Source: Candidatus Bathyarchaeota archaeon
Lineage (GTDB): Archaea; Thermoproteota; Bathyarchaeia; Bathyarchaeales; Bathycorpusculaceae
Assembly: GCA_963827165.1 (NCBI GenBank)
Contig: CAWGZR010000005.1
Span: 640,001 to 704,000, forward strand
Length of the DNA stretch: 64,000 bases
Direction of reading: 5' to 3'
Position 1 is the first letter of the stretch. Each line of letters begins with the position of its first letter. The notes under the pieces were generated by a model. The model was given only the letters and a program-made list of their open reading frames with translations, did no database searches and had not been told where the DNA came from. The position numbers were made by a program, and so were the translations under genes. Positions 1 to 10,012 of the stretch are shown in pieces.

Positions 1-779
1 CTGACTTTCTTTTTAAGATCAACCTTTAACGCTCGATCCATCTCTGAGATGGGTCTAGCAATGTTGCGTAAGAAGTGGAAGTGGCAGAGTTGATGCGGTA
101 CGCCTGGAAATTCTTGTGCAACTGCTAAGCGGATGCTTCTTTGGCCATCACTAATGACGCCTTTTACTGGAATTTCTAAGGCTTTGATTTCCCTTAGCAA
201 AGTAGCGATGCTGTCCCTGTCGGCTGACTTTAGGTTTCTGGCTAGAAGTGTTTCTCCTGTCAGGGTATCTTTTAGTATCCAGAGGGTTTCGTTGCCTTTC
301 TCTGGTTGAACACCGTCAAGTGCGAGTGTTATGCCGCCGTTGGTTCGGATCTTGTCTAGGTAGGTTGTGTCTTGTTGCCTGTTTGCTGTTGTCAATGCTA
401 GATATGCTTGGCAGAGTAGGTTGATTTCTGAGCGGCAAATGTGAAGTTTCTTTAGGGTTTGTCTAATTTCGTCGATTGTCTGGTGCTGTTTAAAATGTAG
501 GAATCCCACTTTGACTATAACGTCTATGCTGAACTGGTAGAATTTGAGACTTAGCATTTCTGCTTCTGTTGAGCGGTAGATTTCTTGTGGTTTTGGGCAT
601 GTTTTGTTTGTGCAGTGGTAGGCATAGCTGGTTGCTTTGAGTGTGCCTTTGAGTGTGAAGATGTATTTTTGCCATGAGATGTGGCTTCTTTTAAGTGGTT
701 GGTGGCAGTTTGGGCACAGCTTTATCTCTGGGCTAAAATATACTGTTTTTGCCCTGCTGTAGTCTTTTGCTGTCTTCAC
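1..779 (-). mobile_element. DDE transposase (ISNCY/Mutator-like), runs off the left edge of the window
   Basis: Not in the ORF track because no stop lies in the window. Manual translation from GTG at 779 gives MKTAKDYSRAK..CPNC..HC.NKTC..ITLALDGVQPEKGNETLW..VISDGQRSIRLAVAQEFPGVPHQLCHFHFLRN, showing two catalytic Asp motifs and the CxxH motif of Mutator-like transposases. Confidence 0.85.
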
Positions 780-902
780 AATAGCTTAAGGCTGCAGTCG
801 GGCATAAAAAACTAAAGAAGCTTTCTTGCTCAGCAATCTGTATGTTGGTTATGGACTCATGGAAAAAAAAAGAAGGTGGGAAGTTGCATAACTCTTGGTA
901 TC

Positions 903-1511
903 TTATGTCCCTTGGTAAGTTTCGTATAACGCCACGAATTCAACAATGTCATTGAAATTTATGGTGCCTTGGTTAAGAAGGTCGCAGGCAGCGTTAAGGG
1001 TGGGAACGGTGGCATGGTCTGCAATGTAGGCCTGAGCGAAGTAGATTACGTCATTGAAGTTGACATGGCCGTCACCGGTGAAATCTAAATTGTATACTGT
1101 TAATGTGACAGTGTTGCTGGTGGCCGCGTTGTTGTTGCCGTCTGCAGTGTAAGTTGCCGTTATTGACACAGTGGTTGTACTGGTATCAGTATCGGTGTAG
1201 GTTACTGTTGAGGTGGCTGTGGTGGAGGTTGAGGTCGTCGTGGGGGTGCCAAGGACACTGCTTGTGCTGGTTGTATGCCACACGATTGATGTTGCCACTG
1301 GGCTTGAGCCGCCACTTAACGTCGCGGTCAAAGTAATTGGGCTATTGGCACAAAGGGTAGTAAGTGACGCGGTGACGGTTATCGTTGGACTTGCAATCGC
1401 TTTGACAGTAATGGCCGTTCCAAGAGTCGCCGCCAGACTAAGTATTAGGGCAGAGACGAGTATGACTGAAACAATTTTTTGATTCACTGAAATCTCCATC
1501 TTCACCTTCAC
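903..1511 (-). CDS. Secreted Ig-like (Big_3-type) protein with C-terminal dockerin-like module
   Basis: Signal peptide, Thr/Ser-rich Ig-like domain (ITATYTADGNN), and a duplicated EF-hand-like loop-helix DFTGDGHVNFNDVIYF / DLLNQGTINFNDIVEF. Confidence 0.8.
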   Translation of the reverse strand: MKVKMEISVNQKIVSVILVSALILSLAATLGTAITVKAIASPTITVTASLTTLCANSPITLTATLSGGSSPVATSIVWHTTSTSSVLGTPTTTSTSTTATSTVTYTDTDTSTTTVSITATYTADGNNNAATSNTVTLTVYNLDFTGDGHVNFNDVIYFAQAYIADHATVPTLNAACDLLNQGTINFNDIVEFVALYETYQGT

Positions 1512-1898
1512 GCTCTGTATTATATAACGCTAATCCATATAGAACATGTGAAGAACGTTAGCATTTAGTTCAGCTATTTAGAAACAGCCTAAACTCTATG
1601 CCCTATGAGTTGACCAAAATTCGCAGGGTTATTAGTTAAATTTCGGGATATCCGGTTAGGGCGTTCTGGTTGGAAAACTTGGGTCTATTTCTGGCGAGGC
1701 ATACTTAGACAAATTTGACGGTGAGCTTTGCCTTGAATCTGTAAATTTTGTGCCCTGTCCGATGGTTATTTTTTTTATTTTCAATTGAATTCTACATATA
1801 TTTCCAAGTTAGCCTTAGGTAAGTATGGTGACTTTAGAGTCGTATATAGTATATGAAGAAATGAGTTTTATGCTAACTTTTATATCATACTAAGAACT

Positions 1899-3575
1899 AT
1901 GGCTAAATTGCTCTCCAAAGCGATCACAGCACTGATCATAATCCCACTCTTACTGTCCATATGCACGCTGGATACACAACAATTCCCAACCGCCCACGCA
2001 TCCACACCCACATTATACATCACTAACATCCGAACTGTCAATAGCGATAATCAAAACTGCTTCTATTTCTGCAGAGGGGCAAACATTGCTGTATTCGACG
2101 TCTCCGTCCAAAACAACATAACATCGGTCGCTTCCGGACAACTGATTATAACTATGACTGATGTGGGTCGTGTACCCGTAGAATCCTTTGAGTCCAACGT
2201 CTTTTCAGTAAATGCGGGACAAAACGAAACTATCCAGGTCGCTAGCAGTATTATCCCAACCTATGCTTTTGTGGGAATAGCGAGTGCCCAAGTGATACTT
2301 GAAAACCCATCAACAGGACCCATAGGTTTCGGAAACATAAATTACTATATTGGATACACAATTCCCCCCAGCTATGAGTTTTCCGGCATTACCCTTAGCC
2401 CTTCTTACGCCTCCGTTATAGCTGGAAACTCTGTAAACTTTACCGCAATTGCCCATGACAATCTTGGCAACTATTTAGACATCAGTCTTGGATCAAATTG
2501 GAATATTAACTCTCGAGCCGAGGGTTCCTGGTTAGAAAACACCTATTCCGCGGCAAGAGCCGGTATTTGGAACGTCACGGCTTCATTGGGAAGTTATTCT
2601 GCCGCCGCGATGATTAGCGTCGCCCATGGCGCAACCGCTGCAATAGTTTTGTCTCCGCAAAAAACATCAGTCACTGCTGGGCAGAGTCAAACTTTCAGTG
2701 CCACCGCAAACGACGCATACGGAAATAGTTGGGACGTCACGGCTTCAGCAGTTTTCAGCATCAATTCTTTAGCTTCCGGCTCATGGGCGGGCAATGTCTA
2801 CACATCTGCGAAAGCTGGAACTTGGACAGTAACGGGCGGGCTTGGGAGCTTGATTGGCCAAGCATCTTTCACAGTTGTGCACGGTCCTATCAATAGCTTG
2901 GCTATTTCCCCGCAATCAGCAAATTTAACAGCTGGGTCATCGTTAGTCTTCATCGGTACCGCCTTTGATTCCTACGAAAACAGCTGGGACGTTACCGCCT
3001 CCACAGTTTTTAGCACAAGCAGTGACGCCGGAGGTTCCTGGTCGGGCAACACTTATACGGCTGCAACAGCTGGAGTTTGGGTTGTTTCGGGTTCTTTTTC
3101 AGGTTTTACCAAGACTGCTTCTTTAACGGTTAGCCATGGTTCGCCAATAACGATCTCCGTAGCTATGCCATCTGATGTTAACAGTGGTTGTTCATTTACT
3201 TTTTCGTCAACCGCCTATGATGCTTACAATAACGGTTGGAACGTCACTTCTTTGACAAGTTGGAGCATAAGCAGCGGCGCTGGCGGTTCATGGTCAGGAA
3301 ATACTTACACTTCAGCTAACCTTGGAAACTGGGTGATCACAGCGAATTACCTGAACATAAAAGACAATGCTGACTTAGGGGTGTACTACCCCATCGACTT
3401 CTACTTCGCTGGCACCGTTAATTTTTTGGATATAATTTACTTTATTGGTGCGTACACTAATTTTTATGAAAACGGCATCTTTAACCCTGCATGCGATTTA
3501 AACCACGACGGCTCCCTAAACTACATGGATCTGAATTTGCTTGTAGCATATTACACCGCCTACTCCCAGGGATGA
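1899..3575 (+). CDS. Secreted protein: IPxYAFVG domain, 4 Ig-like W-rich repeats, C-terminal dockerin-like module
   Basis: Signal peptide; four ~85-aa repeats (A.D.YGNSWDVT..GGSWSGN.YT) shared with 24127..28305; C-terminal DFYFAGTVNFLDIIYF / DLNHDGSLNYMD. Confidence 0.8.
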   Translation: MAKLLSKAITALIIIPLLLSICTLDTQQFPTAHASTPTLYITNIRTVNSDNQNCFYFCRGANIAVFDVSVQNNITSVASGQLIITMTDVGRVPVESFESNVFSVNAGQNETIQVASSIIPTYAFVGIASAQVILENPSTGPIGFGNINYYIGYTIPPSYEFSGITLSPSYASVIAGNSVNFTAIAHDNLGNYLDISLGSNWNINSRAEGSWLENTYSAARAGIWNVTASLGSYSAAAMISVAHGATAAIVLSPQKTSVTAGQSQTFSATANDAYGNSWDVTASAVFSINSLASGSWAGNVYTSAKAGTWTVTGGLGSLIGQASFTVVHGPINSLAISPQSANLTAGSSLVFIGTAFDSYENSWDVTASTVFSTSSDAGGSWSGNTYTAATAGVWVVSGSFSGFTKTASLTVSHGSPITISVAMPSDVNSGCSFTFSSTAYDAYNNGWNVTSLTSWSISSGAGGSWSGNTYTSANLGNWVITANYLNIKDNADLGVYYPIDFYFAGTVNFLDIIYFIGAYTNFYENGIFNPACDLNHDGSLNYMDLNLLVAYYTAYSQG

Positions 3576-3781
3576 TGCCGGAATTCCACGAATAAATAGT
3601 TGAGTTAAAGAAGAAAGTGCAGGATCAATGGATTTCTTGCTATTTATGTAGCTTATCTGTCATCGACGGGAATTATCTGATGAAAGTGTCTTGTGACATG
3701 CTAAATAGTTCTTGTGAAAACTATATTTCTCCCATGTTCTATGTTGAAAAACATCATATACCTCTTTTAGCATGATTTAAA

Positions 3782-4873
3782 TTGGGGAAAGGCTTGACCA
3801 GAAAAATAGTCGTTATTCTCCTTTCAATATTACTTTTAATAAGTATATTTTCTCTGATATTAATTGGGAATTTTAACGTGGCTAAAGCCGATAATCAAGG
3901 CACCCTTTCAACCGAGGGTACTGCTGCTGGATCTGTCCCTGGCGTAGCAATTGTTAACGTTGCGTCAGCGCAGACCTTCGTTGAAGAAGGATTTTCGGCT
4001 GACATAACTGCGACTGTCGACAACACGGGATCTTCAGCATCTATTTTTTATGTTACGTTTCTCGGCAACGGAGTTCCTCTTGATACTCAGCCTGTCGCAC
4101 TCGGTGGCGAAAGTTCAACTGCGCTTTCTTATGTGTGGAACACCACGGGTTTTGCCCTTGGGAACTTCACTTTAAGCGCTTACGCTTGGTCTAATCCAGC
4201 GGAAACCAGCTTAGTTAGCGCCAACAGTGTCAACGCCAACATTTTGGTGACTTGCCCTGATGATTTGACTGGTCAATCCACGGTGAATTTTTTGGACATA
4301 ACTGCCTTCGTCGCAGCTTATATTAACTATTATCAAACTGGGCAATGCAATCCCGCTACTGATTTTAATCATGATGGACGCGTAGATTTCAGCGACCTTG
4401 TCCTTTTCGTCGCCAATTACCAAGCCTACTTTGTGGGTCCAACTCCGTTTGTGACTAACGGTGGTTTGACGCTTACTTTGGCAATTAAGCAGACTACTTA
4501 CAGTTTGGGGGAGCCGGTTAATTTTACGCTCAGCATTAACAACGTGAGCAAAAGCACAATAACGTTTACGCGCACCGCATCCACCTTTGACTACATGGTA
4601 TACAACAGCACAGGCATCGTGTACCGATATTCGATCGGGATTGCATTTCCTATGTGGGCACAGATTTATACTCTGGCGCCTGGAGAAAGTTTAACGGAAA
4701 ATTTTAGTTGGGATCAAGTATGCAATCTATTTTTCAGTCCAGCCGCCGGCAGCCTAGGGCCTTCTAATCCAGTGGCCTTCCCTCCAGTTTTTCCAGCATC
4801 ACCCGGAACCTACTACATACTTGGGGAAGCACTTGGAATGCAAACGATTCCACAGCAAATAACCATAACTTGA
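3782..4873 (+). CDS. Secreted protein: CARDB-like domain, internal dockerin, BsuPI-like C-terminal domain
   Basis: Signal peptide; CARDB-like ITATVDNTG..YVWNTTG; dockerin DLTGQSTVNFLD / DFNHDGRVDFSD; C-terminal YSLGEPVNFTLSINN..FDYMVYN..LAPGESL..WDQ..PGTY. Confidence 0.72.
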   Translation: MGKGLTRKIVVILLSILLLISIFSLILIGNFNVAKADNQGTLSTEGTAAGSVPGVAIVNVASAQTFVEEGFSADITATVDNTGSSASIFYVTFLGNGVPLDTQPVALGGESSTALSYVWNTTGFALGNFTLSAYAWSNPAETSLVSANSVNANILVTCPDDLTGQSTVNFLDITAFVAAYINYYQTGQCNPATDFNHDGRVDFSDLVLFVANYQAYFVGPTPFVTNGGLTLTLAIKQTTYSLGEPVNFTLSINNVSKSTITFTRTASTFDYMVYNSTGIVYRYSIGIAFPMWAQIYTLAPGESLTENFSWDQVCNLFFSPAAGSLGPSNPVAFPPVFPASPGTYYILGEALGMQTIPQQITIT

Positions 4874-5067
4874 AAGTTTTTTGCTGCCTTTTTTTATAAA
4901 GCTTAAAGTTTGCGAGTTAAGTTTTACCTGTTTCCGTTTCTTCGCGTTTTTTCCATCTTTCTACCTTAGCAGCCGATGCGTTGCGAGTTTGAGACCGAAG
5001 CGTTAAAAAAAGGGCGGATTTGCGTCGGGATTAACTAATGGTTAAAATTTTGAAAGAAAAATATGAT

Positions 5068-5655
5068 TTAACTTAATAGTTGGCTTACGAACTCCGAGGC
5101 TTGCGTCTTGATATTTTGGCTTGTGTTTATTTCGAGCGTTTCTTTGATTACTAAGCTGCTGCCGGTTGGCAGTGGCGCTATTTGATCGTTTGGCGTATTA
5201 GAGTTACCGACTCCGAAAACTCCTAGTTGTGTTAATGTTAAGTTATATTGGTTTAAGCTTACTAAGTATGATTGCACTGATTTTGAGGCTTGCCCGCTTT
5301 CTATGGGGCCTCCGACAACTACAACTTGATATTGAGCGGCGTTTCCCATTGCGGTTTTGCTATCGATGCCGGCTAAGAAAACAAAGTATCCTTTTGCTTG
5401 AAGGTCGCTGGCTATTTGTTTAGCGGCGTTCTCCACTGCTCCCGTTGAACCTGGGTCGAAAACTAATAGTGCGTTGCCCGGTGCTACACCAACAGGATAG
5501 CTGGTGGGAGTAAACGTTTTAGTGCTTGTAGCTGCGGAAGCTTTTGAATCGAGGAATAAAAAGCTCACAATTGCTATGGAAATAATAACTATTAATAGCG
5601 CAGCGATAATTATTTTGGATGACTTTTTCAGTTTCCTTTTTGCCTTCTGCACCAA
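5068..5655 (-). CDS. N-terminally anchored flavodoxin-like fold protein
   Basis: Basic N-terminus and TM helix; LLVFDPGSTGAVENAAKQIASDL..VVVGGP resembles the flavodoxin beta1-loop-alpha1 and beta3. Confidence 0.6.
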   Translation of the reverse strand: MVQKAKRKLKKSSKIIIAALLIVIISIAIVSFLFLDSKASAATSTKTFTPTSYPVGVAPGNALLVFDPGSTGAVENAAKQIASDLQAKGYFVFLAGIDSKTAMGNAAQYQVVVVGGPIESGQASKSVQSYLVSLNQYNLTLTQLGVFGVGNSNTPNDQIAPLPTGSSLVIKETLEINTSQNIKTQASEFVSQLLS

Positions 5656-5717
5656 TGTAAAGCCTCGTATTTTTCCTTTCAGTTTTGCTTATTACTTTTT
5701 CCTGCATAGATGATTTG

Positions 5718-5729
5718 TTCTATATAGAA
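5718..5729. promoter_or_regulatory. Perfect palindrome TTCTATATAGAA upstream of the 5068..5655 gene
   Basis: Same CTATATAG core recurs at 14331, 16895 and 21586 upstream of genes in this locus. Confidence 0.5.
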
Positions 5730-5775
5730 ACTCTTCTTCCTCATTTTTGGGCATTATTTGTTGACTTATAATCCT

Positions 5776-7441
5776 TTAATCTTCTTTGGTGTGCTCAGCT
5801 ATTCTTATGTCTTCTTCCTGCGTGCGTTCTTGTGTTCGAATTTTGAATTGCTGTTCTTTGACACTTTTATCTCCTATGTTTTGTTGTTTTGATTGAATAT
5901 TTTGTGTGTCATTAGCGGGTAAGGGTTGGGTGCTTATTGTTGCGTTCAGTGTTGTGTTGCCGTTGTTTGCATCTATTGGTCGAGAGTCGCTTACTCCTTT
6001 AACCTCTGCAGTTTGGGTGTTCATCGCGGCTAAAGCTTGTCTTATTGAGTCAAAATAGTTTCTGACTGCTCGTTCTTGTTCCTCAAGTATTTGGTTAAGA
6101 CCCAATATCTGTTGGTTGAGTTGTTCCCTTTCAGCTTTAAGTGATGTTTCTAAAGCTTGGACTTTCTTTCCAGTCTCAGAGATTCTGCTAAGGTAAGTAG
6201 GTATATCCTGACTTGATTCGGGAAGCATGGAAGGTTTTGAGACCTGTTTGTTTTGTGTGTCTGTGTCGGAAGGGTCTTGGCTTGACCAAGTTTCGAATAT
6301 GGCTGGCATTTGCGTTGTCGTAGTTGCTTGAACCATATTCGGGGCTCCGCCGATTTTTGCCGCTATTTGTTGTGGCTCTTGAGTTGTGGGTTTTGGCTGT
6401 ATTGGATCAGACGGTGGCGTTGCGGTGGGATAAGGGTTTATTGTTGGCATGTTTGGCATTTGAGGTCCGAGAGGTCCCATTTGTGTTGGTTTTCTTCTTA
6501 GGAACATGTAAAGCATTGTGAAGGTGAAAAGGCCTGTCGCGACCAGGAGCCATGAGAAGAGGCTGACACTATTTTGAAGGACTGTAGGCGGCGGGGTTGG
6601 TGTAGGTGATGTTGGTGCAGGTGTAGGCGTTGTCGTGCCGTTGTTGATTACGGTAAAGTAGGCTGTTTGGTTTTCGCCAGCTGGTATGTCTGTTCCGTTG
6701 TAGGCTCCATTGTATAGCGCTAAGTTGATTGCTGCTTGGCCTGCAGGTGCGTTTTCAGGTATTTGAAGGGTGGCTTGTATCTGAGTTTGATTTAGGCTTG
6801 GGATTTGGCTGTTTAGAATCTCTGTTTGATTAATAATTTGGTCTGAATCCTGAATGTTGAGCGTGACGTTTGCCATTTGGGATTGCCCAAGATTATTGAT
6901 TGTTGCATCAACCGCCACATTGTCGCCCGGAGAAAAGATGGTTTGGTTTTGGCCTTGGGAATTCAACAAGTTTATGGATGTTGCTTTCTAGACCCCATTG
7001 TGTTATGAAGCTTGAGGTTTGTGTTTTTGCCCCGTTTACGGTTGCGGTCACGTTCCACGTTCCGATTAATGAATCTTCGTTGTTGGCCTGGATTGGCAGG
7101 CGGAAGGAAAATGTAGCTTCGCCGTTTGCTTTTGTCGTTTCTGTTCTTGCAATGTTTATTGGGTTACTTGATGGACCAACTATTTCAAAAGAAACCAGTA
7201 CGTCGGGTTGTGACGCGTTATTATAAGTGACTTTTGCGAGGAGTTGTACTTGGTCAAAAGGCTGAAAAACACCGGCTGTTGTGTTTTGATCGTTTAGTAC
7301 TTGTAACTTTAGTGCCCATGGAGTACTAGTCGTTTGAGCCTTTATCATTTGGGCTGTTAGTGGGAAGGATAGGGCTAAAAGTAAAATAGGCATTACGTAA
7401 ATCAGCAATTTTAACGTTTTTTTGGTTTTTTGATGTGCCAT
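5776..7441 (-). CDS. Single-pass membrane protein with extracellular scaffold-type Ig domains, P/T linker, TM and cytoplasmic coiled coil; split by one frameshift near 6960
   Basis: 6908..7441 has a signal peptide and the VTYN..VSFEI..FRLP..GTWNV domain. Overlapping 5776..6969 continues with the IPENAPAG domain, PTPTPAP linker, TM (WLLVATGLFTFTMLYMFLRRK) and a heptad-rich tail. Confidence 0.7.
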
Positions 7442-7460
7442 TTGTTTTCCCCTCTTGGTT

Positions 7461-8837
7461 TTAGCTTCCTTTCATTCTCTTATTAAGGTAGTTTCTTAGC
7501 AGCAGCGCTCCGATACATAACACAAGGTACATTGTAATGAGAACTAATGCCACTGCAAAAGCAAAACACCATGAATAGAAATTGGCGTCTGTGAGGTTGC
7601 CCTTGCCAAGGTTGCCTATTATGGTTAAAGCTCCCGGTGATTCGTCAATTAAAACGGTTAACGACGGAAGTGGCTGATGGAGACTAAATATGTGCCACCA
7701 TGGGGTGGGAAAACCGAAAACGCCTGAACCTGTGTAGGTCCACAGCAAAATTAAAGTTTCTCCAAGCGCAACTCCGATTCCGAGCAAGATTCCGGTTATA
7801 ATGCCGGGCATTGCAGCGTAGAGTGTCACTAGTCGAGCCGTCTGCCACTGTGAAGCGCCAAGGGCAAATGATGCTTCTCTGTAAGATCTAGGCACAGACT
7901 TCATCGCTTCTTCTGCTACTCGAATGTTCCATGGGAGAGCCATAAAGGACAACGAGATTGCCGCACCCCATAGGCTGTAACCCCATTTTAACGTTACCGT
8001 GAAAATCGTAAATCCGATAATTGCAACGACCACGGAGGGTGACCCTGCCAGGGTTTCTATGAAGAAGCGAATAGTGCTTACAATTCTATTTTGAGTTGAG
8101 TATTCTGCAAGATAAATCGCTGCTCCAATGCCGATTGGCACAGCCACGAATTCACAGAAAGTCACAAGCAATAACGACCCGAGAGCGTAACCTAGCACTC
8201 CTCCAGTCGAACCGATCGGCGGATGTAGCCCCCCGGTTATTTCGTTGATCCCGTGATAATTAAGATTCATCGAAGTGAAAAGTTGCACTGATAAGAAAGG
8301 CGAAGCCATCAATATCACGAAAATTACCATAGCTATGACGACCCCTATGCTAAAAATTACTGAAAGTCTCAAACCCAGTTTCACCGCGTTTTCCATCACT
8401 ACCGGTGAATCTTTAGTCTGATGCTCCATTCTTCGTCTTTTTAAAATTTCCAGTGTTGCAGCTACGCCGCTTAAAAATGCGATTGAAAGCGCGATGTACA
8501 TAGTCGCTGAATCTGCAAAGGCTATCAATAATGCAATGCCACAAGTTGAAATCGATAATTTCCAGCCTAATGAATGTCCTTCCCAAAGTAGATATGCTGC
8601 GGAAAACAGAATAAGGGATGGGAGTATAATGAGCAGTGACATCAAGCCAAAAGACCAGTACTCATTGATCGTGAGTATGGAAAAGGCTAAACTATCCATG
8701 CCATCCACAAAATTGTTAACGCCCAAAATCAGAATAATAACTCCAGAAAATAGAAGAAGGCTTCCTGTTAACAGGTTTTCTTTTTTCTTTTTCTTGAAAA
8801 AGTTGAACGTTTTCGTTAACACCAGGCTGAAATTCAT
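7461..8837 (-). CDS. pstA: Phosphate ABC transporter permease PstA with extra N-terminal TM domain
   Basis: GIGAAIYLAEY, IETLAGSPSVV, EAA loop REASFALGASQWQT, GILLGIGVALGET. Confidence 0.9.
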   Translation of the reverse strand: MNFSLVLTKTFNFFKKKKKENLLTGSLLLFSGVIILILGVNNFVDGMDSLAFSILTINEYWSFGLMSLLIILPSLILFSAAYLLWEGHSLGWKLSISTCGIALLIAFADSATMYIALSIAFLSGVAATLEILKRRRMEHQTKDSPVVMENAVKLGLRLSVIFSIGVVIAMVIFVILMASPFLSVQLFTSMNLNYHGINEITGGLHPPIGSTGGVLGYALGSLLLVTFCEFVAVPIGIGAAIYLAEYSTQNRIVSTIRFFIETLAGSPSVVVAIIGFTIFTVTLKWGYSLWGAAISLSFMALPWNIRVAEEAMKSVPRSYREASFALGASQWQTARLVTLYAAMPGIITGILLGIGVALGETLILLWTYTGSGVFGFPTPWWHIFSLHQPLPSLTVLIDESPGALTIIGNLGKGNLTDANFYSWCFAFAVALVLITMYLVLCIGALLLRNYLNKRMKGS

Positions 8838-8844
8838 TCCCTTT

Positions 8845-9775
8845 TTACGCCCCCAGTGTTTTACTCCGCCTAGCTAAGACTGTTCTTGCCGCAATGTTAA
8901 CTAAGCCTATAAGCACAAATAAGAAAAAGCCAACGGCATAAACCCCAGCTCCAGGACTGCTGGTAGAATCTTGCGCGCCGACGTAAACATTTTGCATGAG
9001 GATAGACAAAGTTTGACTTTGAATAAACGGGTTGAAAATCGTTAAGGGGCTGTTAAACAATGCGGAAGAAACTGTTCCTCCAAGTACCCACTGGATGGCT
9101 ACCATTTCGCCCATGGCTGCGGCAAGAGCCAATAAAAACGATGTCAGAATCCTCGGCATGGCACTTGGAACCAAAACTTCCTTAACAGTTTGCCATTTGG
9201 TTGCGCCAATTCCAAGTGATGCTTCTCTTAAATCGTTGGGAACTGCTCTTAAGGCATCTTCTGAAATCGTGGCTATTACAGGAAAGGACATTATGAGAAG
9301 AATTAACCAGGCATAAAAATCACAGCCAAGTCCTTGCAATTTTAGTTGAGTGTGCAAGAAACTGCTGAATGAGTATCTGGCATCGGGCGTGGCCAGAAGT
9401 TGCCAACCTATTAGCCCGATAACTATTGAAGGAAATCCATCTAAGACTTCGAGGGAGGTTTTTGTAAAGTTTCTTAGTCTCATATCCGCAAATTCCGCCA
9501 TGTAAATTGCGCATGGAAAGCCCACAAGAACCGCCAATGCTGCAGCACTGCCAGCGATATACAATGTTCCTTCTGCGGCACCAGAAAGTACAGCTGCCCG
9601 CTACCAACAAAGGGGTCATAAAAGCGTAAACACCATGTAATAATAAGTTGATTATCTCAGGGTATCCCATAAATAGCAAGTAGCCGATGATGGACAAAAC
9701 TACAATTATTGAAAAAGCCGCGCAAAGGAACAGGATTGTCTTGATTAGCCCTTCCTTAAACGATTTATTGGCCAT
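8845..9775 (-). CDS. pstC: Phosphate ABC transporter permease PstC, frameshifted near 9570-9600
   Basis: N-terminus MANKSFKEGLIKTILFLCAAFSIIVV from ATG 9775 after a G-rich RBS. C-terminal part has AIYMAEFA, LEVLDGFPSIVIG, ISEDALRAVP..REASLGIGATKWQT, AMGE. Confidence 0.85.
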
Positions 9776-10012
9776 CTGTTCCCCCCTTTTGCTTCTATGA
9801 ATTATGTGGAAAAGGCTGGAAGCAGGCAAGATAACGCTTTTCTATTTATAATGTATAGTCTAATTAGAAATCGCGTGTAACAAGTAATCGCTTCGTTCTT
9901 CACTATAGCCTAAATTGTCTCCCATAAACTACGTCGGTAAGCTAGATATCTGCTAGCCCCGAACTTATGCTCAGAACGAGAAATCGTTCATTAGAGAAAG
10001 GAGAAATATAAA

